A DNA stretch of 64,000 nt from Candidatus Bathyarchaeota archaeon (GCA_963707955.1 OY970176.1:672001-736000), one strand, 5' to 3'. Shown: positions 20,833 to 31,185, counted from the first letter of the stretch. Notes: a model not told the origin generated them from the letters alone. Numbers and translations are program-made.

Positions 20833-21273
20833 ATGTCGATGGTTGACGTGTCTGATAAGCCCGAAATTCTTCGCGAAGCAACGGCAACGGGAACTGTTAA
20901 GTTGAAAAACGAGACTATACGGCTAATCAAAGAAGGAAGAGTTGCAAAGGGAGACGCGTTTCACACTGCGAAGATTGCCGGAATCCTAGCGGCTAAGAAA
21001 ACCAGCACCCTGATTCCTCTGTGCCACACTTTGCCTTTGACTAGCGTTGAAATCGACGTGAAAATTGAGGGCAAAACGAGAGTTAAAGTCACCGCAACCG
21101 TCAAGGCGAAAGCCCCAACGGGAGTTGAAATGGAAGCCTTAGCGGCCACTGCCACGAGTCTTCTCACGATATGGGACATGGTAAAACAGTACGAGAAGGA
21201 TGCTCAGGGTCAATATCCATCAACAACCATAGAAAACATTCATGTCGTGAAAAAAGTGAAGAAGACCAGTTAA
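20833..21273 (+). CDS. moaC: Cyclic pyranopterin monophosphate synthase
   Basis: MVDVS.K, AAK.T..LIPLCH, TGVEMEAL, DMVK. Confidence 0.95.
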   Translation: MSMVDVSDKPEILREATATGTVKLKNETIRLIKEGRVAKGDAFHTAKIAGILAAKKTSTLIPLCHTLPLTSVEIDVKIEGKTRVKVTATVKAKAPTGVEMEALAATATSLLTIWDMVKQYEKDAQGQYPSTTIENIHVVKKVKKTS

Positions 21274-21290
21274 GAGAAGGGATTCAAAAA

Positions 21291-21821
21291 ATGAGCGAAA
21301 GTGCAAGGAAGCACAAGGCTGAGGCACCAGCAAGACTGAGATTTGGCATTTTCACCTGCAGCACATCGCGTTATCTCCAATCGAAGAAAGGAGAAAAGTT
21401 TGAAGATGCTTCAGGAGACTTGATTGAGAAATCGTTGAAAAACGCAGGGCACCAAGTGAGTTTAAGGAAGCTGATTCCGGACGATAGAGTCCTGATCAGG
21501 CAAAGTGTGAAACGTGCACTAGCCTCGCCTGACCTGGACGCTGCGGTGTTCTGCGGAGGCACAGGAATCGCCCCATCAGACGTGACCATTGAAACGGTCT
21601 CAGCTCTTCTCGAAAAAACGCTTCCAGGGTTTGGGGAGATATTTAGGCGTCTGAGCTTTGACGAAATCGGATCCGCAGCAGTATTGTCCCGCGCAGTAGC
21701 TGGAGTGGCTAAAGGCAAAGCCCTTTTCTGTATTCCAGGCTCACCGGACGCTGTGAGAGTCTGCATGGAGAAACTGATCCTGCCCGAGACACCGCATGTA
21801 GTAAAGCATGCACGCGAGTAG
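21291..21821 (+). CDS. moaB: Molybdenum cofactor biosynthesis protein MoaB/MogA
   Basis: GGTGIAPSDVT.E, LPGFGEIFR, SRA.AG, PGS; start reassigned to ATG 21291. Confidence 0.92.
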   Translation: MSESARKHKAEAPARLRFGIFTCSTSRYLQSKKGEKFEDASGDLIEKSLKNAGHQVSLRKLIPDDRVLIRQSVKRALASPDLDAAVFCGGTGIAPSDVTIETVSALLEKTLPGFGEIFRRLSFDEIGSAAVLSRAVAGVAKGKALFCIPGSPDAVRVCMEKLILPETPHVVKHARE

Positions 21822-21825
21822 AGCC

Positions 21826-22125
21826 TCAAGGATTCGGTTTGCTCGCAATCACCTGCGAGATTTCATTCAGACCTTGGTACAATTCACGATTCGTGATTGC
21901 AGCTGGGGTTTTCAAAATCCCACGTCTCAATGCTTTCATTCTGTCGCCCACGCGTGAGGTATCATAAACTTTCACTTCCCGGCCTTCTTTTTTCGCCATC
22001 TCCAAAACTTGACGCAAAACCTCGACATCTTCCTCACAGAGTATACGACCCTTAAACTGGCCCTCCAGTTCATTATATGCCTGTTGAGCCAAACCGCATT
22101 CCTAGTAATAAGGCATCTCTCGGTA
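21826..22125 (-). pseudogene. Thioredoxin-fold-like hypothetical protein, apparently 5'-truncated, with in-frame TAG at 22102-22104; paralog of 56617..56982
   Basis: VKVYDTS...KA..RGILKTP aligns with VEVIDVS...KA..RGISKTP of the 56617 ORF; upstream frame reads YREMPYY*ECG. Confidence 0.5.
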
Positions 22126-22135
22126 GCGCGCGCTG

Positions 22136-22657
22136 CTACCCGGTAGCATCAAACGTCCTATGGAGAAAGTCAACCCTCATCTGTTGACCCCCACCATATT
22201 TGACCCACTTCTCACGCAAATCATCGACATCAACAAAAGGCAAAGTCGTAAGAATGTGCAAATGAGGTCGGTCTTTCTTGGTAATCTCTAAGACACAAAC
22301 ATAGAAGAACGCACCATACTTCTTTCTGAACCATCTATGTAAGGTTGCCCACCTTTCCTTCACGAAATAATACTCGTGATGCAATAAGGCAAACTTTGGA
22401 TCAACCGTGAACGTAATCAGAGTTTTGAAATCAACGAAATGCAACCACTTCGGTTTATCATTTAGCCGTTCTTTATAGACAGACTAAAAGCGATTAAACT
22501 GTCGAATCAGAAGCCACTTGTTTTCAGTCTTATGCTTGAGAACAACGTACTTGCCATGAACATAGGACACAACCCACCTGCGACACTGATCTTCTAAAAA
22601 GTTGAAATAGAATCTGTCCTTTCCACAATCAACAATCTTGCAGAACTCGATTGGCAT
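22136..22657 (-). pseudogene. Rolling-circle replication initiator (HUH Rep) remnant of a plasmid or virus
   Basis: Motif I LITFTVDP, motif II VLE.TK..RPHLHIL; in-frame TAG at 22484-22486; ends before catalytic motif III (YxxKY). Confidence 0.8.
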
Positions 22658-22738
22658 TCAAAGTAAAGGCTTCTTGACCGCAAATCCGAAGACATGCCAT
22701 GGGCAAGCAGTAGACCCTCAAACCGTCACAGCAAAGAA

Positions 22739-22792
22739 AGAAAAAGGGGACTTGTGCGGGAGATATCGCCAAGAGAATCACCTAAGGCTTTA
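22739..22792. repeat. Partial third copy of the 42915/45639 element between the Rep remnant and tbp
   Basis: AGAAAAAGGGGACTTGTGCGGGAGATATCGCCA vs AGAAAAAGAGGGGTTGCGCGGGAGACATCGCCA; CACCTAAGGCTTTA is in inverted orientation. Confidence 0.65.
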
Positions 22793-22834
22793 TAAAGGGT
22801 ATATAAGCACTTCAGTAGTGAGAAGTGGGTTTCC

Positions 22835-23395
22835 ATGCCGAAGAGCAAGGCCATAATAAAGATTGAGAACGTTGTTGCTTCTGCCACGTTGAACCAGAAG
22901 GTTGACTTGAACGCTGTCGTCAAGAGTTATCCGGGTGTCGAGTACCGTCCAGAACAGTTTCCCGGGCTAGTGTTTAGGCTCAAGAGGCCGAAGACGGCTA
23001 CTCTGATCTTCAACTCTGGGAAAATGGTCTGCACAGGCGCAAAATCGGAGCAGGAATCGCGCAGGGCAGTCATGAAAGTGATTAAAGAGTTGAAGAAGGG
23101 CGGAATAATCATCATCAGCAAGCCGGAGTTGAAGATTCAGAACATCGTTGCTTCAGGAATCCTCGGAGGAATGATAGACTTGGAGAAGGCTGCGTACAGT
23201 CTTGGAAAGACGATGTACGAGCCGGAGCAGTTTCCAGGCCTGATATACAGGATGGACGAGCCCAAAGTTGTCATACTGTTGTTTGCAAGCGGGAAGCTTG
23301 TCTGCACTGGAGCGAAGAAAGAACAGGATGTTTACGACGCTGTGTACAAGCTCCATGGGATATTGGAGGAGCAAACCCTAATTTTCTATGAATAG
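22835..23395 (+). CDS. tbp: TATA-box-binding protein
   Basis: Two repeats of NVVAS...Y.PEQFPGL...LIF.SGK.VCTGAK. Confidence 0.98.
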   Translation: MPKSKAIIKIENVVASATLNQKVDLNAVVKSYPGVEYRPEQFPGLVFRLKRPKTATLIFNSGKMVCTGAKSEQESRRAVMKVIKELKKGGIIIISKPELKIQNIVASGILGGMIDLEKAAYSLGKTMYEPEQFPGLIYRMDEPKVVILLFASGKLVCTGAKKEQDVYDAVYKLHGILEEQTLIFYE

Positions 23396-23417
23396 ACTTC
23401 TTTCCTTCCATTCTGAC

Positions 23418-24066
23418 CTATGTATCTGTCTTTCTCTGTCCTTTCTTGACCTGCTTCAACATGGTTTTCAGCTGATCCTGATCGATCGTTCCTGAGCTCG
23501 TGCAGGGTGCTGACTATTTCAGTGATGTTGAGCAGCGCATGAAGCTTCACGCCGGTCTTTGCAAGCTTTTCTCTTCCGCCTTCCTGCCTGTCTATGAGCA
23601 CAACAGCGTCGGTTACCACGCCGCCTTCTGCCATTATGGCCTTTGCCGCCTTCTGTAAAGACAAGCCGGTTGTCACAAGGTCGTCCATCAACAGAACGCG
23701 GTTTCCAGGAGCAATTATTCCTTCTATCCTCCTTTCTCTTCCGTGAAACCGCGCACCTTTTCGAGCGTACAGAAACGGTTTCTTCAAGTTGAAGGCAACT
23801 ACTGACGCGAAAGGTATCCCTGCAACGGGTATTCCTGCTATCCTATCGACATCCGCCGTTCCGATCTCACTCTTTATGAACTCCACACAATAATCGCAGA
23901 TTCTCTCAAAGGCGTCGGGAAAGCTTGGGACGACTCTGAGGTCTATGTAGTACGGGCTCATCTTTCCGCTTGTGAGCTTGAAGGCGCCAAACTTCAAGGC
24001 CCCTATTCTGTCCAGAACCTTGCTGATCTCAGCCTTCATTCCTTCGCTCTTTCTTTCAGTAAGCAA
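23418..24066 (-). CDS. pyrE: Orotate phosphoribosyltransferase (1-bp insertion near 23493 distorts the C-terminus; probably an assembly error)
   Basis: F.LTSGK.SPYYIDLR, RK, LMDDLVTTG; removing one base gives LGTIDQDQLKTML... ending at TAG 23418. Confidence 0.9.
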
Positions 24067-24070
24067 TGTT

Positions 24071-24769
24071 TCACACCTTCTTAGTAACCTGATAGATCTT
24101 CCCCGTCTCAGGTATCAGACACGTCGTCTTTGGCATTTCTTTTTTCAGAAGCTCAGCGAACTTGTTCTGCTCCGATGCTGAGCTGGTGTGGTAGGGCGCT
24201 GCCACTTTAGGCTTGGTCAACCTGACGATGTCAACGCCGCTTGCAGGCGAAGCACCGGGCGCGATGCCCACGGTGCAGAACACCAGGTCCAACTTCTCTC
24301 TGTCGCCGATTGCCACCATCTCAGGAAAAGGCAGACTGTCCGCTGTGTGGAAAACTTTCACGCCGTCCTCACTTGATATTACAAAGGACACTGGCGTCGC
24401 CGCCGGAGGATGATTGCTTCTCTCAACCTTCACAGAGACGTCGCCAAGCTTAACTTCAGAGCCCGGTTGCACTTCGTGGAGCTTTTCTGGGGGAATAGCG
24501 TTTCGCAGTCTTCTGGCAGACGTAGGGTCAGCGATTACCATGCACTGCGTCAGCTTGTGGATCTCTGCCACCAGCGATTGGTCTAGGTGGTCGTAGTGCT
24601 CGTGGGTAACTAGGATTGCATCAACATTCCTGAAGTCTCGCGCCTTAACATCAACAGGGTCTACGACAAGCGTCTTAGAAGGCGTCTTAACAGTGACCCC
24701 AGAGTATCGGTTGAACCACACAAACAAGATCTCGCTTTTAGACGGGTTCTCCGCGATCGACATTCTCAT
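24071..24769 (-). CDS. MBL-fold metallo-hydrolase
   Basis: VDP, THEHYDH, H.AD, PYH. Confidence 0.88.
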   Translation of the reverse strand: MRMSIAENPSKSEILFVWFNRYSGVTVKTPSKTLVVDPVDVKARDFRNVDAILVTHEHYDHLDQSLVAEIHKLTQCMVIADPTSARRLRNAIPPEKLHEVQPGSEVKLGDVSVKVERSNHPPAATPVSFVISSEDGVKVFHTADSLPFPEMVAIGDREKLDLVFCTVGIAPGASPASGVDIVRLTKPKVAAPYHTSSASEQNKFAELLKKEMPKTTCLIPETGKIYQVTKKV

Positions 24770-24944
24770 TTCCTCAAAGCTGATAATTACGACGTTTGAG
24801 TCTTAAGAATCTATGCTAATGCCAAATTATCAGGAGGGCCTGCGCGCAGACTTTGCGTGAGAGAATGGGCCTGCCAAATTTTTCTTGTCCTTAACAAGGC
24901 TTAATAGCTTCTGCCTAGGTTTTTCAGTATTCGAGTGATGCTGC

Positions 24945-26228
24945 ATGGTTGACGCTTGGCTGCCTTATGGAAAATCGATGGTCTGCGTGAGGATTCCGGC
25001 ACAGAATTTTTTAGGTTCTATAGAACCGAGAGAGAAACCGAGTGTATCAGACGCTCAAGCTGAGGTTGAGGGGGCACTGAAACAGCCTATTGGTTCGAAG
25101 AGGCTCGTTGAAATCGCTAAACCCGAAAGCCACGTGGCAATAGTTGTAGATGACGTGACTAGGCCGGCTCCAAGTTACCTCATCGTTCCATCGATACTTG
25201 ACGAGTTGAACGCTGCGGGAGTGAAACCCGAGAACGTGACGGTTGTTTTTGCCTGCGGGTCCCACAGGCCTGTCACGCGTGAAGAAGCGCTCAGGCTCCT
25301 AGGTGAAACCGTCCTCAACCGTGTAAAGACGGTGAGTCACGACTGCAAGGCTCAAGACTTGGTTCACGTCGGAACAACTCAAAAGCACGGAACAAAGGTG
25401 TACTTAAACCGGACTTTCGCGGAGGCGGATGTCAGAATCTTGACAGGAGACGTGTGTCTCCATTACTTTGCTGGCTACGGCGGTGGGAGAAAAAGCATCC
25501 TGCCGGGACTTTCGGGTGAGGAAACGATTAAGCACAATCATGCTATGCTCTTGGACGCCCGGGCAAAAACCGGCGTACTTAATGAAAACCCAGTCAGCGA
25601 GGACATGGCTGAGGCTGCAAAGATGGTTAGAGTCGATTTTGCGTTGAACGTTGTCATCAACAGCAAGCACGAGATTGTCAAGGCTTTTTCCGGAGACCTC
25701 GATCAAGTGTTTTCTGAGGGTGTTAAGCTTGTCGACGAGATGTACCGCGTGCAGGTGGAGCGCCGCGCAGACATCGTTGTTGTCAGCCCGGGGGGGAACC
25801 CTGCAGACCTGAACCTTTTCCAAGCCTACAAGGCGGTGGACAACGCTTTGGAAGCCGTTAAGCGGGGCGGCGTCATCGTTTTGGTCGCTGAACTTCCAGA
25901 AGGTCATGGAAACCAGGATTTCTACGATTGGATGGTTAAGTTTAAGGATTTGAAAGCCTTAGAGGGCGAGGTTAAGCGCAACTTTGTTATGGGCGGGGCC
26001 AAGGCGTACTACTACACGAAGGCTTTGCAGAAGGCTCAGATAATTCTCGTTTCCTCAATGCCAGACTATTATGCTGCGACGGTTTTCAGACTGAAGACGG
26101 CAAGGGCGGTGAACGATGCGCTCAATCAAGCCTTGACGATTGCTGGGAAGAATGCCAAGGTTTGGACCATGCCTCACGGAAATTACACGTTGCCAGAGGT
26201 CAGAGCGGTCGCCGAAGAGGGCCATTAG
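24945..26228 (+). CDS. larA: Nickel-pincer-dependent lactate racemase family protein
   Basis: DD.TRP, GSHR, HYFAGYGGGRKS..PG, D.NL.Q..K; substrate not inferable. Confidence 0.88.
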   Translation: MVDAWLPYGKSMVCVRIPAQNFLGSIEPREKPSVSDAQAEVEGALKQPIGSKRLVEIAKPESHVAIVVDDVTRPAPSYLIVPSILDELNAAGVKPENVTVVFACGSHRPVTREEALRLLGETVLNRVKTVSHDCKAQDLVHVGTTQKHGTKVYLNRTFAEADVRILTGDVCLHYFAGYGGGRKSILPGLSGEETIKHNHAMLLDARAKTGVLNENPVSEDMAEAAKMVRVDFALNVVINSKHEIVKAFSGDLDQVFSEGVKLVDEMYRVQVERRADIVVVSPGGNPADLNLFQAYKAVDNALEAVKRGGVIVLVAELPEGHGNQDFYDWMVKFKDLKALEGEVKRNFVMGGAKAYYYTKALQKAQIILVSSMPDYYAATVFRLKTARAVNDALNQALTIAGKNAKVWTMPHGNYTLPEVRAVAEEGH

Positions 26229-26229
26229 G

Positions 26230-27201
26230 ATGAGATTGTTGAAGCCGCCAAGGCTTAGTGGCGGCGACACCGTTGGCGTAGTTGCTCCTTCTTATCCTGT
26301 TGCACCTTTTCAGAAGCTCTACGATCAGGGAATCAGAAATCTGAAGGGCTTTGGCTTCAAAGTGAAGGAAGGCAAGACTGTGAAGCTTGAGCGCATGGGT
26401 TACATGGCGGGAACAGACGTTGAAAGAGCCGAGGACATCAACAAGATGTTTGGGGACAAAGAGGTCAAAGCGATCGTCTGTGCCATGGGAGGACAGGTTG
26501 CGATTCGAACTCTGCGCTATCTGGATTTTGATTTGATAAGGGCCAACCCCAAGATTTTCTCAGGCATGAGCGACATCACAACCTTTCACGTTGCCTTTCT
26601 TGCAAAGACAGGTCTCAGCGGTCTGCATCAGTCAGACGTCATTTTTGGCTTCGGAGCAGACCGGAAAAGCTTGGAAGCCAGTTACGAAATGGGGCTTTTC
26701 TTGAAAATCACCGAAAACGCGGAGCCTCTGGGGCTGTTGCCCAAGTTCACGCCGTGGGAGGTTTGGCGCGAGGGTGAGGCTGAAGCTAGGCTTTTCGGCG
26801 GAAACATCCCGTCATTGCAGACGTTGCTCTCGACGCCTTACTTCCCCAAAATCGATGAGCAGGTTATCTTCTTCTGGGAGTGCACGGCGAAGCCGCTTGA
26901 CAAGATAGACCAGGACCTGACTCAGTTCGGGGAAGTCGGCTTGTTTGACAAGACAAGTGGCATGCTCATCGGTAAGATCAGGGGCGAGGAGCCCGACCAA
27001 CCTGGCACGATAAGGGACATGACCGAAGAAGTCAAGAAAGTGATCTTGGAGATAGCTGAAGAATTTGATTTTCCCATCATCGCAAGCATGGATTTCGGTC
27101 ACTACACGCCTAATCTGCCGTTGCCGTTCGGGCTCAGGGTGAACATGAACACGGAAGGGGCAAGAGTCCGGATAGACGAGTCCTACGTGAACCTGCTTTA
27201 A
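26230..27201 (+). CDS. Peptidase S66 (LD-carboxypeptidase/MccF-like)
   Basis: Ser-Glu-His triad motifs G.SD.T, FFWE, DFGH; GGN. Confidence 0.9.
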   Translation: MRLLKPPRLSGGDTVGVVAPSYPVAPFQKLYDQGIRNLKGFGFKVKEGKTVKLERMGYMAGTDVERAEDINKMFGDKEVKAIVCAMGGQVAIRTLRYLDFDLIRANPKIFSGMSDITTFHVAFLAKTGLSGLHQSDVIFGFGADRKSLEASYEMGLFLKITENAEPLGLLPKFTPWEVWREGEAEARLFGGNIPSLQTLLSTPYFPKIDEQVIFFWECTAKPLDKIDQDLTQFGEVGLFDKTSGMLIGKIRGEEPDQPGTIRDMTEEVKKVILEIAEEFDFPIIASMDFGHYTPNLPLPFGLRVNMNTEGARVRIDESYVNLL

Positions 27202-27273
27202 CGTGGGAAAAGCGTTTAAGCTACGTTGGATTTTAGGCTTTAAGGTTTGCTGGAGTCGAAGGACTTGCAGGGC

Positions 27274-27756
27274 ATGTACAAACTGCGGAAATTCGGTGTG
27301 AACGACCTGGCAAGCGTCACGCACATCAATGAGCTGTGTCTGCCAGAAAACTACACCGACATCTTCTTCGTAGAGTTGTACCGCAAGTTCCCTGAGACTT
27401 TTATCGTGGCAGAAGAAGATGACAGAGTCGTTGGTTACATCATGTGCAGGGTTGAGGTTGGCTTTTCAAACTTCGGCCTCAGTGGCCTCGTCAAGAAGGG
27501 ACACGTCGTTTCCGTTGCCGTTCTGCTTGAACACAGGCGCAAGGGCATAGGAGAGGCTCTGGTAGCCCAAGCCATGGAGGGCATGCGAGCTTACAGCGCG
27601 AAGCAGTGCTATTTGGAAGTCAGAGTGACCAATGAAGAGGCAGTTGCTCTGTACAAGAAGCTGGGTTTCGAGGTCACCCGCACTGTTCACGGATACTACG
27701 CAGACGGAGAAGACGCCTTCGTGATGAGCCGAGACCTACAATCGAAAAACAAGTGA
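27274..27756 (+). CDS. rimI: N-terminal acetyltransferase, RimI/Ard1 type
   Basis: CLPENY, VGYIMCR, GHVVSVAV, LEVRVTN..A..LY, YYADGEDA. Confidence 0.93.
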   Translation: MYKLRKFGVNDLASVTHINELCLPENYTDIFFVELYRKFPETFIVAEEDDRVVGYIMCRVEVGFSNFGLSGLVKKGHVVSVAVLLEHRRKGIGEALVAQAMEGMRAYSAKQCYLEVRVTNEEAVALYKKLGFEVTRTVHGYYADGEDAFVMSRDLQSKNK

Positions 27757-27762
27757 GCAGGC

Positions 27763-28212
27763 CTAGACGAGCACGGGCTCCGCTCTTTCACTTACGTAGT
27801 TAATTGCCTGCAGAACAGACTTTGCTAGTCCTAACAGCCCCAGCATCATCGAAATGACGAGAAACAGTCGAAGGTCAACCGTCAGACTTAGGCTTCCAGA
27901 GGTGTACTCGAAGATTCCTGCGTTCAGGAAGAAGACCAGATAAATCATGACAAACAGGGCTTTTGCCGCGTTGAAAACATGCTGAAAAAGTGTGCCTGAA
28001 GCCAGATCGCTAATGATCATCAGCACGACGTAGACTATGGTGAAAGTTTGGATCATCTGCTGCAAGCTGGGGATTATCGATGAAACCGGCGCTAGAAACT
28101 GGATCAGAATGGCATAAATCACAATCACTATCGTGGCCTTGACTGCCGCTTTGACGACTTTGAGCACGTTTTTCCGCATTTTTCCTTTGGGACGGTTTTC
28201 TTCAGTCACCAT
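27763..28212 (-). CDS. Hypothetical four-TM membrane protein
   Basis: Hydrophobic helices; start reassigned to ATG 28212, overlapping the upstream stop. Confidence 0.7.
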   Translation of the reverse strand: MVTEENRPKGKMRKNVLKVVKAAVKATIVIVIYAILIQFLAPVSSIIPSLQQMIQTFTIVYVVLMIISDLASGTLFQHVFNAAKALFVMIYLVFFLNAGIFEYTSGSLSLTVDLRLFLVISMMLGLLGLAKSVLQAINYVSERAEPVLV

Positions 28213-28981
28213 GAACGGCGATCTCCTGTTCATAATTGAAAAAAGTGGTGACGAAATAGACTTCAAGACGTGCGATGGGCCCTGCTCCAGATGGGACATA
28301 GACTTCAAGGTTTCCATCGTACGGTGAATGTTGAGCCACTTGGATGCTAGTCTGACCTTGGCCAATGAGCTCATTAGCATTGCTGTAGGCGCGTAGCCAT
28401 ACTGTACCTGACAGGTCAAAGAATGCGTGGTTCTCAAAGGTTAGTTGAACAGTGGCAACGGAATAAGTGGCGTTGAACATGGCGAGTTGAGGCGTTCCCA
28501 GGGTCAGATTGTAAAGCGGTGCTCCCCATTGCATAGAAGAGTTCGATGAGGCCTGTACTGGGATCACTCCTGCGGCCAGCATGCTTATCCTCGTGTTTGT
28601 TGTGAGGTCAGTGTCGTTGTTCAAGAGGCTTTGATGAGTTTGCAGCAGGTCGGTGACGTTCAGCTTTACGTTTTGGGTGACGTTTATCGTTTGGCCTTGA
28701 CCTATTACAGGTATGAATATGGATGCTCCTGCGACCGCTGAGCCCTCTTCGTCTAGGAAACTTCTGGAGATGTTGAAATCAGCTATCTCGTAGAGACCGG
28801 TGTTGACGACAGACACTGGAAAAGAAAACAGCAATTCATGGTCTTCTGTCGTGCTGGTCTGCGGCTGTCCGAGGTTAACCTGAAAGTCTTTCATAGAATA
28901 GATTGCGGATGCAGAGAAGATGAGGAGAAAAATCCAGAAGGCGGAGGTAGCTATGCTTATGATTCGGATAGGTACTCTCAT
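28202..28981 (-). CDS. Membrane-anchored beta-rich extracellular protein (LEA_2/WHy-like repeats possible)
   Basis: N-terminal TM helix, two beta-rich repeats each with a central Asn, N-glycosylation sequons. Confidence 0.65.
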   Translation of the reverse strand: MRVPIRIISIATSAFWIFLLIFSASAIYSMKDFQVNLGQPQTSTTEDHELLFSFPVSVVNTGLYEIADFNISRSFLDEEGSAVAGASIFIPVIGQGQTINVTQNVKLNVTDLLQTHQSLLNNDTDLTTNTRISMLAAGVIPVQASSNSSMQWGAPLYNLTLGTPQLAMFNATYSVATVQLTFENHAFFDLSGTVWLRAYSNANELIGQGQTSIQVAQHSPYDGNLEVYVPSGAGPIARLEVYFVTTFFNYEQEIAVHGD

Positions 28982-29039
28982 GGCTGGTTGTTCTCCCGTG
29001 TTAGGCAATCTGTTAGACAAAGGATGCTGTTGGAGAAAC

Positions 29040-29558
29040 TCACTTCTTCTCTTTCTGATCCTGCTGTGACTCTTGCTTTGGTTCTTGTGGCTTTTGCTGT
29101 GTCTGTGGCACTTTTTCCGGGGTTAGGGCCACGATCTCTGGTTCGTACGGCTTGGCTTCAGCTTTAGGTTCTAGCGTAGTTTCCTGCTGCTTAATTTCAG
29201 CCTGCGATTTTTCTGTCTTGGGTTTCGCAGCAGGCTGTGGCGCTTCTTTAACTATTGTCGGTTCTTCCCTGAGAACTGCTGGTGTTTGACGCGCTTGGGA
29301 AATTATTGTAACTCCTCTTATGGTCAGAAGTGAGCCTACCCAGCCCATCACGCCTAGGTACATTATGCGTATGCACGTTGAGATCAGTGGAGCAAGAGTT
29401 GCGCCGAATGTGCTTGCAAGGTCGCTGGAAGTCAGTATTGACAAGTTTTGAGTTAGGAAGGCGTAAGCGCTGACGAAGGTGAATATCAGTAGGGCTACCC
29501 CTATCATAAGCACGGTTATCGCGGACAGGGCAATCTTATCCCTGAAAGTCTTGAACAT
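29040..29558 (-). CDS. Two-TM membrane protein with low-complexity Q/E/K/P tail
   Basis: Two hydrophobic helices followed by a charged disordered tail. Confidence 0.7.
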   Translation of the reverse strand: MFKTFRDKIALSAITVLMIGVALLIFTFVSAYAFLTQNLSILTSSDLASTFGATLAPLISTCIRIMYLGVMGWVGSLLTIRGVTIISQARQTPAVLREEPTIVKEAPQPAAKPKTEKSQAEIKQQETTLEPKAEAKPYEPEIVALTPEKVPQTQQKPQEPKQESQQDQKEKK

Positions 29559-29594
29559 TTCTTGTTTCCCGTTTTTAGTCGGGCCTGTGTAATA

Positions 29595-30290
29595 TTAAAT
29601 CTTCTTATACACGAAACACGATCTTGAATCCATATCAAACAAACTGAACAGCGTCATAAATGAGTAGAAAAATGATGGTTGAAACTGCGGCGTTATGCCG
29701 AGTTTCTGATAGATTCTCTGCTTGCTCTCTTCCACGCTCTTCTGCACGTCCGCGAACAGGTTGTTTCCGTGTGAGTCGATGGCGACTGCCAGCGGGCCGA
29801 ATTCTTCAGCTTCGAAGATCCACATGGCTTCGGGCATTCCCAAGTCGAACCATTCCACGCTTTTAATGTTCTTTATTGCCCTAGCGGCTAGCACTGCAGC
29901 TCCACCAGTGAACGCACCGTAAACGGCTCCGTACTTTGCCATCGCGTCTGTTGTCCTTTTTCCCATGCCGCCCTTGCCGATGACCACTCTGACTTTGAAG
30001 TCTTTGATGAACTCGTCTTCGAATATGTCCATCCGTGTGCTCGTCGTCGGGCCCGCGGCAACTGCGACCCACTTGTCCCCTTCTTTAGCCACAACCGGGC
30101 CGCAGTGAAACACAGCCAAGCCTTCAAGGCTGACTGGCAGGGGTTTGCCTTCCTTAAAGTATTCCAACGCTCTTCTGTGAGCCTGATCTCTGGCGGTCAC
30201 TATGGTTCCAGTCACGTAGAGCACGTCGTTGACTTTGAGTTTGCGAATTTGCTCCTCCGAGATCGGAGTCTTAAGCTTGTAAACTGTCAT
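29595..30290 (-). CDS. Fumarate hydratase/tartrate dehydratase beta subunit
   Basis: TARDQAH, HCGP, GPTTSTRM, GKGGM, LGMPEAMW, IDSHGN. Confidence 0.92.
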   Translation of the reverse strand: MTVYKLKTPISEEQIRKLKVNDVLYVTGTIVTARDQAHRRALEYFKEGKPLPVSLEGLAVFHCGPVVAKEGDKWVAVAAGPTTSTRMDIFEDEFIKDFKVRVVIGKGGMGKRTTDAMAKYGAVYGAFTGGAAVLAARAIKNIKSVEWFDLGMPEAMWIFEAEEFGPLAVAIDSHGNNLFADVQKSVEESKQRIYQKLGITPQFQPSFFYSFMTLFSLFDMDSRSCFVYKKI

Positions 30291-30300
30291 CTTTTTCACC

Positions 30301-31185
30301 TCACCACTCCAGCTTATGCGTTAAATACTCGACGTTTCCATCTGCGCCTATTCTTGCCGTCGCGTGTCTTGCTGCCCAGCAGTTGAAAGCGACGGCCGCT
30401 GGGAAAGACGCTGGGTGTCTGAAAGCGTAGTCGATGTGCACGCCGAGGACTGTTGTTTTTCCACCGAGGCCCATCGGACCTATCCCTGTCATGTTTGCGG
30501 CCTCGAAGATCTCTTTCTCAAGCTTGGCGATTTCTGGGTCCGGGTTGTGTTCAGTGAGAGGTCTGAGCAGGGCTTTCTTGGCCAGTTTCATCGACGTGTC
30601 GGCTCCGCCGCCCATCGCGACTCCCAGTATGTTCGGGGGACAGGGCTGAGCTCCAGCCTTGATCACGGCGTCCACCACAAACTTCTTCAAACCCTTGATT
30701 CCTTCGCCGGGAACGATCATTCCGCCGATGCAGACGTTTTCGGACCCTCCTCCCTTGGTCATCACCGTCATTTCCAAACCGTCTCCTCGAACGATTTCCC
30801 AGTTTAGAACAGGTATGTATCTTCCGGTGTTGTCTCCGCTGTTCTTTCCTGTGAACGGGTCAACCGCGTTCGGTCTCAGCGGAACTTCCTTCGTGGCCCT
30901 CTTCGTAGCGTTTATCAGCGCGGTCTCAACTCTGTCAAGGTTTTTTGCTTTGGCGCCCGCCTTGATGTAGAAGATAATTGTGCCCGTGTCTTGGCACACT
31001 GGAGCCTGGTATTTTTCCGCCAGTTCAATGTTGTCCAAGATCGCTTTCAACTGCGTTTTGCCCGTCTCGCTCGTCTCTTCAGCGTACGCTTTCTTCAAAG
31101 CCTGCTTTACGTCGTCTGGCAGGTAGATGACCGCTTGTTTCAGAATGTTGAAGGCAACGTTTTCCGCGACTTTTTCTGTTTCCAA
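30301..31185 (-). CDS. Fumarate hydratase/tartrate dehydratase alpha subunit (Fe-S)
   Basis: CQDTG, LRPN, KGGGSEN, PCPP, GIGPMGLGG, HPAS, CWA.R. Confidence 0.92.
   Translation of the reverse strand: METEKVAENVAFNILKQAVIYLPDDVKQALKKAYAEETSETGKTQLKAILDNIELAEKYQAPVCQDTGTIIFYIKAGAKAKNLDRVETALINATKRATKEVPLRPNAVDPFTGKNSGDNTGRYIPVLNWEIVRGDGLEMTVMTKGGGSENVCIGGMIVPGEGIKGLKKFVVDAVIKAGAQPCPPNILGVAMGGGADTSMKLAKKALLRPLTEHNPDPEIAKLEKEIFEAANMTGIGPMGLGGKTTVLGVHIDYAFRHPASFPAAVAFNCWAARHATARIGADGNVEYLTHKLEW

Noticed and set aside
22102-22486. Two in-frame TAG codons (Rep and thioredoxin-like gene) as pyrrolysine readthrough
   Set aside because: TAG ends many intact genes here (tbp, moaB, lhr, cren7) and both ORFs are also truncated; nonsense mutation is simpler
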